A DNA stretch of 63,997 bases, the filler included, from Stramenopiles sp. TOSAG23-2 (taxonomy: Eukaryota): NCBI GenBank assembly GCA_900128395.1. It is 26 parts of 26 records of this genome, joined end to end, with 100 filler letters (N's around TTAATTAATTAA, not from the genome) between each part and the next. Parts side by side here need not be neighbours in the genome. Positions count along the whole stretch, not along the records: positions 9,916 to 12,291 come from LT651795.1; positions 12,392 to 14,765 come from LT651796.1; positions 14,866 to 17,238 come from LT651797.1; positions 17,339 to 19,711 come from LT651798.1; positions 19,812 to 22,183 come from LT651799.1; 21 more parts are not named here. The stretch is one strand, 5' to 3'. This document shows, piece after piece, positions 9,926 to 22,096 of the stretch. The notes beneath the pieces were generated by a model, which was not told the origin of the DNA, did no database searches, and saw only the letters and a list, made by a program, of their open reading frames with translations. A program made the translations under genes and the position numbers. The number at the start of each line of letters is the position of its first letter. Within the stretch, counting starts at the first letter, position 1.

Positions 9926-12211
9926 CTACCTCGATGGTAACAAAACCACATACAAAATATAAATATGGTGTGAATGTCCATCAATCGCTACGACTCCACC
10001 AATTAGCGATGCTTCATTTTCTGTTAAGTAACACACTTTAAACTGCAATAAGTTATTTGAAGACCATTGTGGTAAATTCATAACTCCACCCTTTGCGGCA
10101 TTATTTTTTTGAAACACGCTATTTCCAAAATAGATATTATTACTACTACCTGAAACATAACCAACACTACCATCTGCTGAATTACTAGTAAACGTAACAT
10201 TAACAAATGTTAAATTATTTCTATTTTGATACACATAAAATACACCACCATTTTCTGCAGTATTATATTTAAATGTGCTATTATAAAATGTCACATATGA
10301 ATTATTTGTTAAAAAAAAAGCACCACCATATCTATATTTTGTATGTGGTTTTGTTACCATCGAGGTAGGATTAATATTTAATGCATTGCTTTTAAATTTT
10401 GCATTACGAAAGATCATTCGCGAACCTGCACCTACATATATACCACCACCAAAAACGCCACAACGTAATCTATCAGAAGAAGCAGTTGTTTCTAAAATGT
10501 TTCTTCGTCTTCTCCTTCTACGATTTGATTCAGGTAGATTCGTGTTGCCATTGTCATTATTAATAGCATCATCGCATTTTGCATCTGTTTGAAATCTATT
10601 TAAATACAATGAATTAATATAAGAAGACGAATTAGACATAATAGTTGTATTATTTTCAGTAAAAATAGTCAAGCCTTGAAACGCTGGAGTATTATCATTT
10701 CCAATACATTTATTATTAAAAAAATGACAATGGCTCATCTCCAATTTAGACTGTGAAGAAAGATATATTGCACCACCTTTTACATTTGCAACATTGTTTA
10801 AAAAAAAGCTTTTGATTAAAAAGACGCTGCTACTTTTACTTAAATATATAGCACCGCCCTTATTATGTTGATTTGTTTCAAAGATTACGTTTTTTGCATA
10901 TAATATTGCATTTTCACTCACATATATACCACCGTAGTTGCATTGGTTATTTATTACATGATGATTTTCTTGACAATAATGATTCTGTATTGTTGTCATT
11001 TTTAAATTTGAAATGTTTAATACCCCACCTTTCTCTATAATAAATACGCGTCTATTTAACAGACCCAATAGTGTAGGAACATTGTCTTTGCTCATACCAA
11101 TTTTATCCGCATATTTATTATTTTCTCGTATTACACCAACAATGGCAGTTTGTGATGAAATTAATTTTGATTCTTGCATAAAACAGCTGGAATTTAAAAT
11201 ATTCACGTCATTGTATACCTTTTCAAATTGACATTTGCGAGTAATTTTTGTACATTGTTGGAAATCAATGTGATCTAATGAGTCAGAACCATGTGTTGTG
11301 GTCCCATCTGGACATTTCAAACATGAACTCTGTGACTCAAAAGGTTGGTAATATCCATTTTTACATACGGGACAACTATTTACATTATTATTATTAACAG
11401 ATGAATTGCCATACCTACCTGGTGGACAGGCCTTACAAACATCCTTATGAAGTTCATCTTGATATTTTCCTCTTAAACAATTGACACATTTTGGAGCTGG
11501 ATGATCTAACGTTTCGTCAAATGCAAGTTGATAATATCGTCCTTGTGAACATTTTTCACACGATGAAGTAGGATCAGACACACACCAACCTTTTACATGA
11601 TTAAATTGTAAAGTTTCACGACAATGTTTACACAACATGAGCAATGGCCTCCGTCCAAGTATGTGACAACCAACTGTCGCTTGGTCATTTTCTGCGTATA
11701 GTGGACCTCGAAAATCACTACAGTTGTTTTCTTTGTATGATAGTGCTTTTTTCTTACATGCACATCCCCCGGCACCACCAGCAAATGACATTGGCTTCTC
11801 GCCATCATAAATAACACCCCCAGGAATTAATTTCTGCAAAAGTGTGCCAACGGTACCAACACTAAAACATGAAGCTTTTACACATTCCGCTAGAAATGTC
11901 TCACTTGGAAAGCTAGTTTTTGTTTGACAAAATGGTAAAAATTCTCCACCTATTTTATTAATAGGTTGAGTATACGTAAATACATTTAAATAACCTTGTA
12001 TTCCATAATTTTGTGGTAATATTGTAACTTCAGTTAATTTAATTGAACCGGTATCAACAATTTCATCAATTCCCTTATCACAAATTGGCAATGTTGTTGC
12101 AATAACACTCACAGTGCAAATGAAATGAAAAAAAGAAAAAAAGAGAGACGATATTTTTACACGTATTTTATTTCGTAATTTCATTTTATAGTTCTCGTTT
12201 TTGTTTATCAT
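9926..12211 (-). CDS. Large secreted/surface protein: Cys-rich TNFR/GCC-like repeats plus Pmp-like (GGAI / FxxN) beta-helix; 3' end truncated and chimeric
   Basis: Hydrophobic N-terminus, CxxCxxGxY repeats (CLRGKYQ, CPPGRY, CKNGYYQ, CPDGTTT), and repeated GGAIY/GGVFY with FxxN motifs. The last ~15 codons come from an inverted chimeric tip. Confidence 0.75.
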   Translation of the reverse strand: MINKNENYKMKLRNKIRVKISSLFFSFFHFICTVSVIATTLPICDKGIDEIVDTGSIKLTEVTILPQNYGIQGYLNVFTYTQPINKIGGEFLPFCQTKTSFPSETFLAECVKASCFSVGTVGTLLQKLIPGGVIYDGEKPMSFAGGAGGCACKKKALSYKENNCSDFRGPLYAENDQATVGCHILGRRPLLMLCKHCRETLQFNHVKGWCVSDPTSSCEKCSQGRYYQLAFDETLDHPAPKCVNCLRGKYQDELHKDVCKACPPGRYGNSSVNNNNVNSCPVCKNGYYQPFESQSSCLKCPDGTTTHGSDSLDHIDFQQCTKITRKCQFEKVYNDVNILNSSCFMQESKLISSQTAIVGVIRENNKYADKIGMSKDNVPTLLGLLNRRVFIIEKGGVLNISNLKMTTIQNHYCQENHHVINNQCNYGGIYVSENAILYAKNVIFETNQHNKGGAIYLSKSSSVFLIKSFFLNNVANVKGGAIYLSSQSKLEMSHCHFFNNKCIGNDNTPAFQGLTIFTENNTTIMSNSSSYINSLYLNRFQTDAKCDDAINNDNGNTNLPESNRRRRRRRNILETTASSDRLRCGVFGGGIYVGAGSRMIFRNAKFKSNALNINPTSMVTKPHTKYRYGGAFFLTNNSYVTFYNSTFKYNTAENGGVFYVYQNRNNLTFVNVTFTSNSADGSVGYVSGSSNNIYFGNSVFQKNNAAKGGVMNLPQWSSNNLLQFKVCYLTENEASLIGGVVAIDGHSHHIYILYVVLLPSR

Positions 12212-13001
12212 CTACGAAATTATATATATATATATATATTTATTTGTCACACACTAAATTGGACCATCTTTATTGATAGTTATGTATGTAANNNNNNNNN
12301 NNNNNNNNNNNNNNNNNNNNNNNNNNNNNNNNNNNTTAATTAATTAANNNNNNNNNNNNNNNNNNNNNNNNNNNNNNNNNNNNNNNNNNNNAATTAAAAC
12401 AATAAAATTATGCGTAAATTAAATATTTCATTAAATGAAAAATATTATAATAATTATTTTTAAAATAATATTTAAAAATCTAATGATATTATCATATCAT
12501 AGGCACTGGGAGCACATTCTACAGAAAATCCCAGAGAAAAAAAGAATAACAAAAACGAACGAGTAAAGGTCGCTAAATAAAGTGTACGGCACGCAAAATT
12601 ATTTCTTTTTATACTTTGTGACAGAATTAATTTCTCGGTCAAATATTGGATATAAAAAATACGTCGTAACATTTATAAAAACACTAAATATTATGATTAA
12701 CACAACAATTTCACACACAATTTTAAATTTTAAATGTGGCACGTTTAACGTGTGCGGTTTTTTTTACGTGCCAGGATACTATCATATCTCTCCACATTAT
12801 TTTTACTTCACTCAAATTCCTACACTCCAAATTATCGCGCGGTATATATATATCATTTCTCTTACTCATATATATATATATATATATTTATTAACCATGT
12901 GTCATTAGTTTTATTGACAACTTCAAAGTCGACACAAATACATAAATGGACATGTTTCCTCAATATTTGCCCCACATCTATGCAAAATCTTTTGAGCAAT
13001 T

Positions 13002-14300
13002 TTATGCATTCATGTATGAACTCACTTCAATTTGATCAGGTAAAGTTGCAATATCTACACTGAAACGGCTTTGTACATCTTTAAGCACAGCTTTGTCCTC
13101 CTCAGATGCACAGAAACTGATCGCAAGACCTTTTGTACCGAAACGACCAGCACGACCAACACGATGAAGATATTGATCAGCAACTTTTGGGAAGTCATAA
13201 TTCACTACAATATTGACACGTTCAATATCCATACCACGGCCGAACAAATCAGTTGCAACCAAAATTCTTTTCTCAAAATCTTTAAAACGTTTATAACGTG
13301 CTATACGTTCTGGTTGCTTCATTTTACCATGGATATAAATTGATGGGAAACTGCATTCTTCCAAAACTCGACTCAATGTTTCTGCACGAGCTGTTCCGCG
13401 ACGTACGTTGCCATCACTTTCTGCCCCACCGACGAACACAACAACTTGATTGAATTCAAGTGCATCTAACAAATCGTTTAACTTTCTGTTTTTCTCCGAT
13501 TCAGAAACTTCAACATAATATTGTTGAAGACCATGCAATGTTAATTTCGCCTCATCATCTACATAAATTTCCATTGGATCCTGGCAAAATTTACGGCATA
13601 TTGGGCGTACTTCTTTGGATAAGGTAGCGGAGAACATCATAACCTGCTTGTCATGAGGGGTCGCCATAAATATTTGCTGCACATCTTTCCGGATATCAAG
13701 TTCCCCAAGGAGTTGATCGCACTCGTCCATAACGTAATGTTTCAAGCCATCCAATTTTAAATCCTTCGATTTCACAAGTGCCAAAATACGTCCCGGCGTT
13801 CCTACAACAATATGTGGACAATCTGATTTTAATTGTTTGATATTTTGTCGCACTGGAACCCCACCATAAAACACACCGGTTTTTACCGTTGGCAAGTATT
13901 TGCTAAAACGTTGGTACTCGTGTGAAATTTGGTAAGCAAGTTCACGTGTATGGCACAACACAAGTACTTTTACAGCTTGGGTATCAGTTTCTACTTGATG
14001 AAGGGTGGTTAAGACGAAAACTGCTGTTTTTCCCATACCGGATTTTGCTTGACAAATTACATCCATACCAAGAACTGCTTGTGGAATACATTCATGCTGT
14101 ACTTCAGATGGATGTTCAAAACCACAATCAACAACTGCACGCATTAATTCTTGTTTCAACAAAAAATCTTTAAAGCCAGATGCATGTATACCAGTATATG
14201 AACCCTTTTTAACTTCTTTTGAGGAGTCATTGGTATCTTCAACAGCATCTTCTTCTTCATCATAATCAACTAAATCATCTTCAACTTCTTTGTCAGCCAT
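13002..14300 (-). CDS. UAP56: DEAD-box (DECD) RNA helicase UAP56/SUB2/DDX39, mRNA export and splicing factor
   Basis: [59 protein letters not shown] and [13 protein letters not shown]. Complete, intronless, 432 aa. Confidence 0.97.
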   Translation of the reverse strand: MADKEVEDDLVDYDEEEDAVEDTNDSSKEVKKGSYTGIHASGFKDFLLKQELMRAVVDCGFEHPSEVQHECIPQAVLGMDVICQAKSGMGKTAVFVLTTLHQVETDTQAVKVLVLCHTRELAYQISHEYQRFSKYLPTVKTGVFYGGVPVRQNIKQLKSDCPHIVVGTPGRILALVKSKDLKLDGLKHYVMDECDQLLGELDIRKDVQQIFMATPHDKQVMMFSATLSKEVRPICRKFCQDPMEIYVDDEAKLTLHGLQQYYVEVSESEKNRKLNDLLDALEFNQVVVFVGGAESDGNVRRGTARAETLSRVLEECSFPSIYIHGKMKQPERIARYKRFKDFEKRILVATDLFGRGMDIERVNIVVNYDFPKVADQYLHRVGRAGRFGTKGLAISFCASEEDKAVLKDVQSRFSVDIATLPDQIEVSSYMNA

Positions 14301-14979
14301 GTTTACAGTATATTGCTTGTTTGAATTTATATGTGTTTGTGTGCGTAAATTTGTTTGTATTTAATATAAATATATGATAATGTATTATATTCTCTACCCT
14401 TCTAGTCTTGTATGATTTAGTATAATTACCTACACTTATTCTATCACTATTTATAATTAATCAATCATTTATTCATTTTTAATTATTCCTTCTCGTCGAG
14501 ATAGTATTTATTTTGTACGAAATTAGCTTGAAAATGGCATTTGGAACTAGGATCACTTTTAATTATACAGTATTGTCTTATAGAAAATGGAAATAGACGT
14601 ATTATTTAAATTATAGGAAATTTACGTATTAATTATGTGTCCTAGTTTTTGCTACCATTACACAGTATAGGGGACATGATTTGAATTTTATGTCCTATAG
14701 TAATTTGTGTGGACAAGAACTAACAATAATTTGACATTTTATTTTAATAGGTATATAGTACTATANNNNNNNNNNNNNNNNNNNNNNNNNNNNNNNNNNN
14801 NNNNNNNNNTTAATTAATTAANNNNNNNNNNNNNNNNNNNNNNNNNNNNNNNNNNNNNNNNNNNNAAAGAACATATATTATATATATATACTTCCATCAC
14901 ATTTCATCTTCTTCTTGTGTATTTATATATTATATTTATAATATTATTTTTGACTTGCACTTTTTTTTGATTATTCACT

Positions 14980-16514
14980 ATGGACTTTGATGGAACTTTA
15001 TCATGGTTATCGTGGGTATGTGCAATTTTTTTATTTTCATATGGATTTTTTCAACGAACATCAACTTCGGCATATTATTCAGATTTAGAGACAGAATTTG
15101 GTTTAGATGGTGCCGGTGTTGGTAGTTTATCTTCCATGTATTTCTATATTTATGGTATAGTACAAATACCATATGGCATATTAATGGATAAATATGGACC
15201 GTTACCAGTAACTTGCAGTTCTGCTTTTTTTACTTTCATTGGAGCATTGTGTTTTTCATTATCCCCTTCGCTATTTGTAGCATATGTAGGTAGAGGTTTA
15301 GTTGGGGGAGCAGTAGGTGTTGGATGGATTGCTATCATCAAAGTCATACAAGATGATGATTATTTCTTAGGGAAGAAACAAGTTTTAACTGGACTTTCAT
15401 TATCTATGGGTATGCTGGGTGGCTCATTAGGCCAAGGTCCGCTTGCAGCATTTTGTAAAAGTAGTGGATGGAGATTTGCGATGTCAGTCACTTCTTTGAT
15501 TCCACTTTTTGTCAGCATATGTACTTTAATTGTATACAAACTAAAGAGAAGGCGGAGTAATGAAAAGAAAAAAGAACAAGAAACAAAGAAGAATGATGAT
15601 AATAATGTTGTTGCTGCTGTTACTACTACCATTGGAGATGTTGGTCTTGATGTTGATGATAACGACTCGCTTACTATATGTGGAAAATTGCTAGAAGCAA
15701 TTTCTGTTAGAATAAATATCTATTTATTTACATACATGTTGTTATGTTTCGTACCTATATTAGCATTTGCATCTTTATGGGCAGTTCCATTTTTTATTCA
15801 AGTAGGTGGGGTTGATCGGGCAACTGCTGGCATAATTGCAACATGTTACATTATTGGAACTGGTATTGGTGGACCTGTTGGCGGTGCAATTTCAGATCGT
15901 TTTAAGCAAAGAGAAAGGCAAATTATGATATGTTCTTTGCTAATAACAAGTTCCATGCTTTTATTGGTTATACTTGGTACTGGATATTGGCATATATCGA
16001 TTTCTGGAATAATTATGTTGATTGTAAGTAATTCCTATTGCCCTAAACCCATATCATAGAAATGTTCTAACACACTATTTTATATATGCGCTACATTTTA
16101 CAGGGTGGTCTTGGCCAAGGTCCTCATATGGTTGCATTTTTTATAGCACGAAGACATAATCCTAATAAAAAATCTGTTGGTACTGCACTTGCCATAATCA
16201 ATATTGGTGGCATTCTAGGGGGTGCGTTTTTTCAACCAATCATAGGGGCATTAGTCGATTTAGGGTGGGAAGGTAAAATAGGAGCTGAAGGGGAACGGTT
16301 ATGGCCAGCAGAACATTTAAGACTTGTTCTAAGTATAGTCTTGACATGTTGTACTGGTATTTGTATTTTGATTGTCATTTTCCTAATACCTAAAGATGAT
16401 ATCAACAATGTTAAAAACACTGCTGCTGCTGATGTAATAACAAAGAATGGCAATGAAGCAAAACAGGTGGAGAAACAGGAACAGGAGGCGGAAAAGAAAA
16501 AAACTGTTGTGTAA
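14980..16514 (+). CDS. MFS transporter of bacterial-type family; two exons 14980-16023 and 16104-16514
   Basis: About 12 hydrophobic segments and MFS motif GILMDKYGP. Phase-0 intron 16024-16103 (GTAAGT...CTAAC...CAG) joins ORFs 14980 and 16086 in frame. Confidence 0.88.
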
Positions 16515-16588
16515 GGATTTTTTTTTATATATTAAAATAAATATTCTATTATATAGAGTTTTTTTTTTTACTTTTTTTCACCACTCTC

Positions 16589-17238
16589 TCATGCACTATC
16601 ATCCTCGATTAATCTCATAAGTAGATCATTACCACGTTTATCACATTTACCCCAGAAAAGACCCATACCATGGCCATCACAATCACCACTTATACATTGT
16701 TCATTTGCATCACATTTTCCACCTTCTGGCAAAGGAGTAAAACATTTTCCTTCGACAAATCCCCACAAGTATCCACCATCGCAGACACCACTCGTACAAT
16801 CACTATCCATTTGGCAAACATTTCCCGCAGTTTTACAATTCAAACAACGTTTTTGATCATCTCCAAATAATAAAAACGATGGTAATTCATCACATGAACC
16901 TTGTCCATTGCAATCAGCATCAATTTCACATGTTTTCGTGCACTCGCCAACTGCTACACTTGTAAACAAGCTTAAAATGAACTTTTTCAAACCATGTTTA
17001 ATGCATTTACCGGCGTGGTGTATTGGGCCAATGGATAGCGTAGTTCCAAGCCCTATACCATCTGGGACCATTCCTAAAAAGAATTTTTTCAACCTAGCGA
17101 GCTTGCGAAGCTTTGCTATTTTCGCAGCTGGCACCATGCTTGAAGCTTTTTTATCGTTTAATTGAATCAAATTTAATTCGTCTTCAGTGGTAGGTTGTGT
17201 TACATATTCACTGCGTGCTTTTTTAGATTTCGCAGGGA
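16589..17238 (-). CDS. Hypothetical protein C-terminus with three CxxDxDCxSGxC-type cysteine-rich modules, 5'-truncated
   Basis: CEIDADCNGQGSC, CQMDSDCTSGVC and CDANEQCISGDC. Confidence 0.6.
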
Positions 17239-17338
17239 NNNNNNNNNNNNNNNNNNNNNNNNNNNNNNNNNNNNNNNNNNNNTTAATTAATTAANNNNNN
17301 NNNNNNNNNNNNNNNNNNNNNNNNNNNNNNNNNNNNNN

Positions 17339-17695
17339 CGTATAAAAGAATTTAGTGGAAATTCAGCAGGCGGTTTGAATTTTGGTAGTGCAGTGCCATT
17401 GAAAACTCGGATAAAAATTTTAGAAAAACAACTGCGAAAAGCTAGAATATTTTATGTAAGGCAAGGTGCAACAAATGAAATGAAACAATTTGCCTCTGGT
17501 AGATTTGATAGATCCGATCTTAAACGTTTATTGGAGTATGATTTAAGTTTTGGACAATTATTAGATTCAAAAAAACAAGCACAAGGCTTGTTTAAGCCAT
17601 ATACCATGAATTTTTTTTCAAACAAAGAGTTTTATAAATTGATAGAAAAATCTTTGCAAGAAACTGCAAGATCACAATATTACGAGGAGACGTAA
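17339..17695 (+). CDS. Hypothetical protein, C-terminal fragment
   Basis: Frame is open from the contig start to the stop at 17695, with coding-like composition. No motif recognised. Confidence 0.45.
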   Translation, partial: RIKEFSGNSAGGLNFGSAVPLKTRIKILEKQLRKARIFYVRQGATNEMKQFASGRFDRSDLKRLLEYDLSFGQLLDSKKQAQGLFKPYTMNFFSNKEFYKLIEKSLQETARSQYYEET

Positions 17696-18215
17696 AGAAA
17701 TTATGCAAAAAAATCCACAGATGTATATATATTAATATATATATATGTATATATATATTATCACAATTAATATTAAATTAATGCCCAATGAAGTAATTAT
17801 TTAAGTTTACACGCCCAATATTATATTATAAATATGATAAATAATTTTTTTAAAATTTTACGACGTAATATAATAATTAGCTTACGAACCGTATATAATG
17901 GCAATTACATGAGAATATCAACACCACTATCATAGTGTGAGATAGATATTTAAATCTTTGCATTTCAGTTATTGTACATTCTTTTGAAGAGTAGGAATTA
18001 TCACTGAGTAAATTAAAAAATAAATTAAATATGCGCGTGTAAAATTAAATATTTTTATTATTTTATATATATATACAGTATGCATAATAATGATATTACG
18101 GGCCGTATAAAATTAATATATATTTGAATATTAATAAATTATACGTATTATAATTTAATTTGGTGGGTGCGTTTTCGTTTTTTCTACGTACAACACAAAA
18201 AAACAACTTGTTTTT

Positions 18216-19323
18216 TTACATGACACTACCTAGTTCTTTTGCCTGTTCTTCATCCGATAAAATGCTATAACTTCTGCCACCGTCAACATCGCCGTTGTTT
18301 TTAATGCCAAAAACATGCAATCCAATTTTATCTATTAATTGCTTTGTCCAGTCAAATTCTTGCATAACTAGAAATCCAAAAATAATGAAAAATACTCCAA
18401 CATAATTACCAAACGTATGTGTACCACCTTGTATTGCATCGTAAACATAACCAGTTGGTATGATTAATATCTGACCAACGGCAGCAAATACAGGGCCTTT
18501 TACAGCTATGCATGCAAGTAAAAACATGTGAAACCCTGTTTCTAAAAATGCAACGGTAGCAATTTGAGCACCAACATTTCCAGATGGCCATTCAAATGGA
18601 CCTTCTAAACCGATTGCCTTCACAATAAACAAACCAGGTAATAATAAGATGCAATTGAAAACACCCATCAACCCAACAAAAAGAAAGGATTCCATCACAT
18701 CATTACGTTCCTCTTCAGGTATTGGCGAATTTCGCTCTACAACTGCATAGAGAACTTCGTATAAAGCATATGCAAGAACTGATAATATACAAAATAAATA
18801 TCCAGTTGGTGTAGATGAATGCGTTTGGCCATCTTTTTCTTTTTGTGAATGCGTGAACAATGTGATAAATGTAATTCCTATCATACACAATACTAACGCA
18901 ATAACTTTCGATCTTGTTACCTTTTCACCTAATAATTTCACAGATAATACAAATACAAATACGGGTCTATATATCATATCCGATATAAATATATGAGATT
19001 ACATGTAAAAATATTATTATAATAACTTTGTAGTTAGTTTACTTGTTTGTATCAAAAAAAAAAAAAAAAACACAAAGAAAATGAAGAAGAAGGAATCAGA
19101 TAAATAGAAAATTTTAAAGTTGTAAAATGTAAGAGACCGTTCTGACGTTCATTGATATCATATTTCAAATCAAAAACGCAAAAGATATGGAATCAGTTTT
19201 ATTCTTGCATGTATATAATAGCCGTAAATATTGTATGAAAAAAAACAATATCAGGTAGAAAATAAATGCAGGTAATCTGTAAGTTGTACACATCTATGTG
19301 TATGTTTGTGTATGTTTGCGTGT

Positions 19324-19355
<32 letters not shown>

Positions 19356-19711
19356 TTGCGTGCGAATGTATACGAATGTATGTATGAAGAAAGTTAATGC
19401 AATACTTACACGGTTTGATATATGGCATTATTTGCAGATAAAACTGTATTTTCTAAAGAATAATACCATAAGCATGTGCCTGTTAAAGATAATACTGAAA
19501 ACGATGCAGTTATTTTTAATATCCTCTTATCAGATAAACGTGCTTTAATTTCTTCGCTCGGTGTTTCAAAATAAAACACTTGCAATCCTAACCAAACAAG
19601 TAATGATGTTACAAAGCCATTATGCACGCACCAAGTTGTAAAATAATGCTGCGGATAAAGTGGTTCGAAGTCTTGCAACACTACTCCCATGGCTTGCCAA
19701 AAAGCTATACA
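18216..19711 (-). CDS. DMT/EamA superfamily transporter, SLC35F-like; exons 19711-19410 and 18966-18216, 5'-truncated
   Basis: Intron 18967-19409 (GTAAGT...TAG on minus strand, phase 2) gives continuous SANNAIYQTVPVFVFVLSVKLLGEK. SVLAYALYEVLY and multiple TM helices follow. Confidence 0.82.
19296..19363. repeat. (GT)n/(GCGT)n microsatellite inside the SLC35F intron
   Basis: tgtgcgtgcgtgtgcgtgtgtgtgtgtgtgtgtg run. Confidence 0.9.
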
Positions 19712-19867
19712 NNNNNNNNNNNNNNNNNNNNNNNNNNNNNNNNNNNNNNNNNNNNTTAATTAATTAANNNNNNNNNNNNNNNNNNNNNNNNNNNNNNNNN
19801 NNNNNNNNNNNTATATTTGCGAGATAGATATTTTATAATAAAAATGGAACCACACAAAACACACTCT

Positions 19868-22096
19868 CTATGAAAATTTCTCACCACCTTCATTATGAGC
19901 AAAATTTTGCATTTTACTAACATTAATAGCTATATTTCTACTCATACTACCAACGTTTAATTTACCTTTGATAGGACTATTTCTAGGACTTAATCCTAAT
20001 TTTAAATAGCTTGCCAATGCAATTGTACGTAGCTTTTCAAGGCTAGTTGGATGGTGACTTAATTTTGATAAAATATATTCCGCAAATTGACTAACTTGAA
20101 CCGTTCTATTTTTTATACCATCACTATTATTCGAATTTAATTCAATGATTAATTGATTTGCTAAATTAGTTGCATCATTTAAACTTGAAAATAATGGAGA
20201 GTTGACTTGTTCTAAAAATGTAACCAATCGTCTTTCTGAAATTGCACCTGGGCCTGTACAGATAGTATTGCCAGCTAAAAGCATCGCTATAAATAGCGAG
20301 CAACGTGCTTCAGGATTTTTTTCATCTTCTAAACGTACTGGAGCATATACTTTTAACAATTGATCGCTGTATGATTTCGTTTGCTCCGCAATCTCAATTT
20401 CATGTTGATCTTGCATTACTTTCATTTTCGCTTCCATTTCCTTTCTCATTAATTGTAATTTCTTAACGCTTTCAACACTTTTCCTTGCATCACGCCTTGA
20501 ATTCTCTTCTAGTGTTTTAATAGCTTCCAATTTCAACTTTAATTCTTTATTTAAATTGGTTATATCTTCATTTTTTAATTTATTTTCTTTCCGTGATTCA
20601 TTCAATGCGTCTAACAATACTTTTTTTTCACTGGTGAAATGATTTTTCTCCTCATTAAGTCTTATCTCTAATTTTTGATACTTTAATTTCAGATTTTCAT
20701 AATCATTCAACGCTTGATTTTTTTCATTCATCACATTACTAATACGATTTTTTAATAGATCAACTTCACCTTGCTTCGTCATATTGTTCTCAATATGTGT
20801 ATTTAATTCTTTTGAAATTTCTTTAAATTCTTTTTCTTTTTCCTCTTTATGTTGTGCATGTCGTATTTCCACTTCACTTAATACATCTTCATGGCGGGAT
20901 GATAGAATTTGAACGTGTTCCTCATGCAATGCCTTTAATCGTTGTAATTCCTCTTCTTTACTTAATATATGCGTGTCAATTCTATTGTTTAAGTCTTGTA
21001 CCTTTTCATCATGTTGCTGGACCTTGAACTTTACTGTATTTTCATGCATTTCTTGCATATTTTGTACAACTTCCTCATGTCGTTCATGGACTTTTGATAC
21101 ATGGTTGTCATGTAAAATTTTTAATTGTTTCAATTCTTCATCTTTTAATTTTAATAAACTATCATGCTTGGCTTTTATTGTATCCAGGTCTTCTTCTTTT
21201 CGTCTGATTGTATCTTCCATTTCCTTTAATTGATCATTATGCATGTTTTTTACATTTGTGACTTCATTATGATGAAAATCTTTCAAGTCATTATAGGTTT
21301 TTTTATGTGTTTCCAGTAAACGATCATGAGTTTCTTTTACTTCTCTATGTAACTTTATTTTCTCAGTAACTGTTTCTTCATGTTGCGATGTTATATAATT
21401 TAATTTATCAATTTGTTGATTTAATTGATCGATAGTATGTTCCAAATGTTCAATTTTCATTGCGTTAGTAACATGAATTTCCTTAATTTGATCTGTTAAC
21501 GCAGATACCTTTATTTCATATGATTGTCTAATATTTACAATTTGTTCGGTTTGACTAATATTTAACTGTTCAGTAATTACATCATGTTGTTTCTTCATAT
21601 TATTCATTTGTGCATCTAACATATCATTATTATTATCAATATATGTTTGCAATTGTTTATCAAATTCGATTTGTAACTCCTTACGCATATTTTCAACTTC
21701 AACATGCAGATTATCTAGACTCGCTTCCAATTTTTTCTTCTCCTCTTCTACCCTATCTAATAATTGCTTTTGTGCATTATAGTTTGAAACTTTACTTTCA
21801 ATATCATTTTTCAAACGTAAAATGTCTTCTTCATATGTTTTTTTAACTTTCATTTCATTTTTCTCCGCCACCTCCTTTAACTTTCTTACTTCATCTGCTA
21901 AACGCTTTTGATATGATTCCTCAGATTCTTGTATAACACCTTTGGTAATATTCATCGCAGTCTTTTGCACGGAACGCGCATTTGATATGTACATAAAACT
22001 AGCAACTGTTGTGCCAGTTAACAACGCAGTCAACACTTCCGGTTTATGCTCTGATAAATCAAGCTCCTTTACTGAATCTACAATATCTTTAATCAT
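19868..22096 (-). CDS. Long coiled-coil protein of unknown function
   Basis: 742-aa ORF rich in K/E/L/H heptads, with a short hydrophobic patch near the N-terminus and a non-coil C-terminal domain. Confidence 0.75.
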   Translation of the reverse strand: MIKDIVDSVKELDLSEHKPEVLTALLTGTTVASFMYISNARSVQKTAMNITKGVIQESEESYQKRLADEVRKLKEVAEKNEMKVKKTYEEDILRLKNDIESKVSNYNAQKQLLDRVEEEKKKLEASLDNLHVEVENMRKELQIEFDKQLQTYIDNNNDMLDAQMNNMKKQHDVITEQLNISQTEQIVNIRQSYEIKVSALTDQIKEIHVTNAMKIEHLEHTIDQLNQQIDKLNYITSQHEETVTEKIKLHREVKETHDRLLETHKKTYNDLKDFHHNEVTNVKNMHNDQLKEMEDTIRRKEEDLDTIKAKHDSLLKLKDEELKQLKILHDNHVSKVHERHEEVVQNMQEMHENTVKFKVQQHDEKVQDLNNRIDTHILSKEEELQRLKALHEEHVQILSSRHEDVLSEVEIRHAQHKEEKEKEFKEISKELNTHIENNMTKQGEVDLLKNRISNVMNEKNQALNDYENLKLKYQKLEIRLNEEKNHFTSEKKVLLDALNESRKENKLKNEDITNLNKELKLKLEAIKTLEENSRRDARKSVESVKKLQLMRKEMEAKMKVMQDQHEIEIAEQTKSYSDQLLKVYAPVRLEDEKNPEARCSLFIAMLLAGNTICTGPGAISERRLVTFLEQVNSPLFSSLNDATNLANQLIIELNSNNSDGIKNRTVQVSQFAEYILSKLSHHPTSLEKLRTIALASYLKLGLSPRNSPIKGKLNVGSMSRNIAINVSKMQNFAHNEGGEKFS

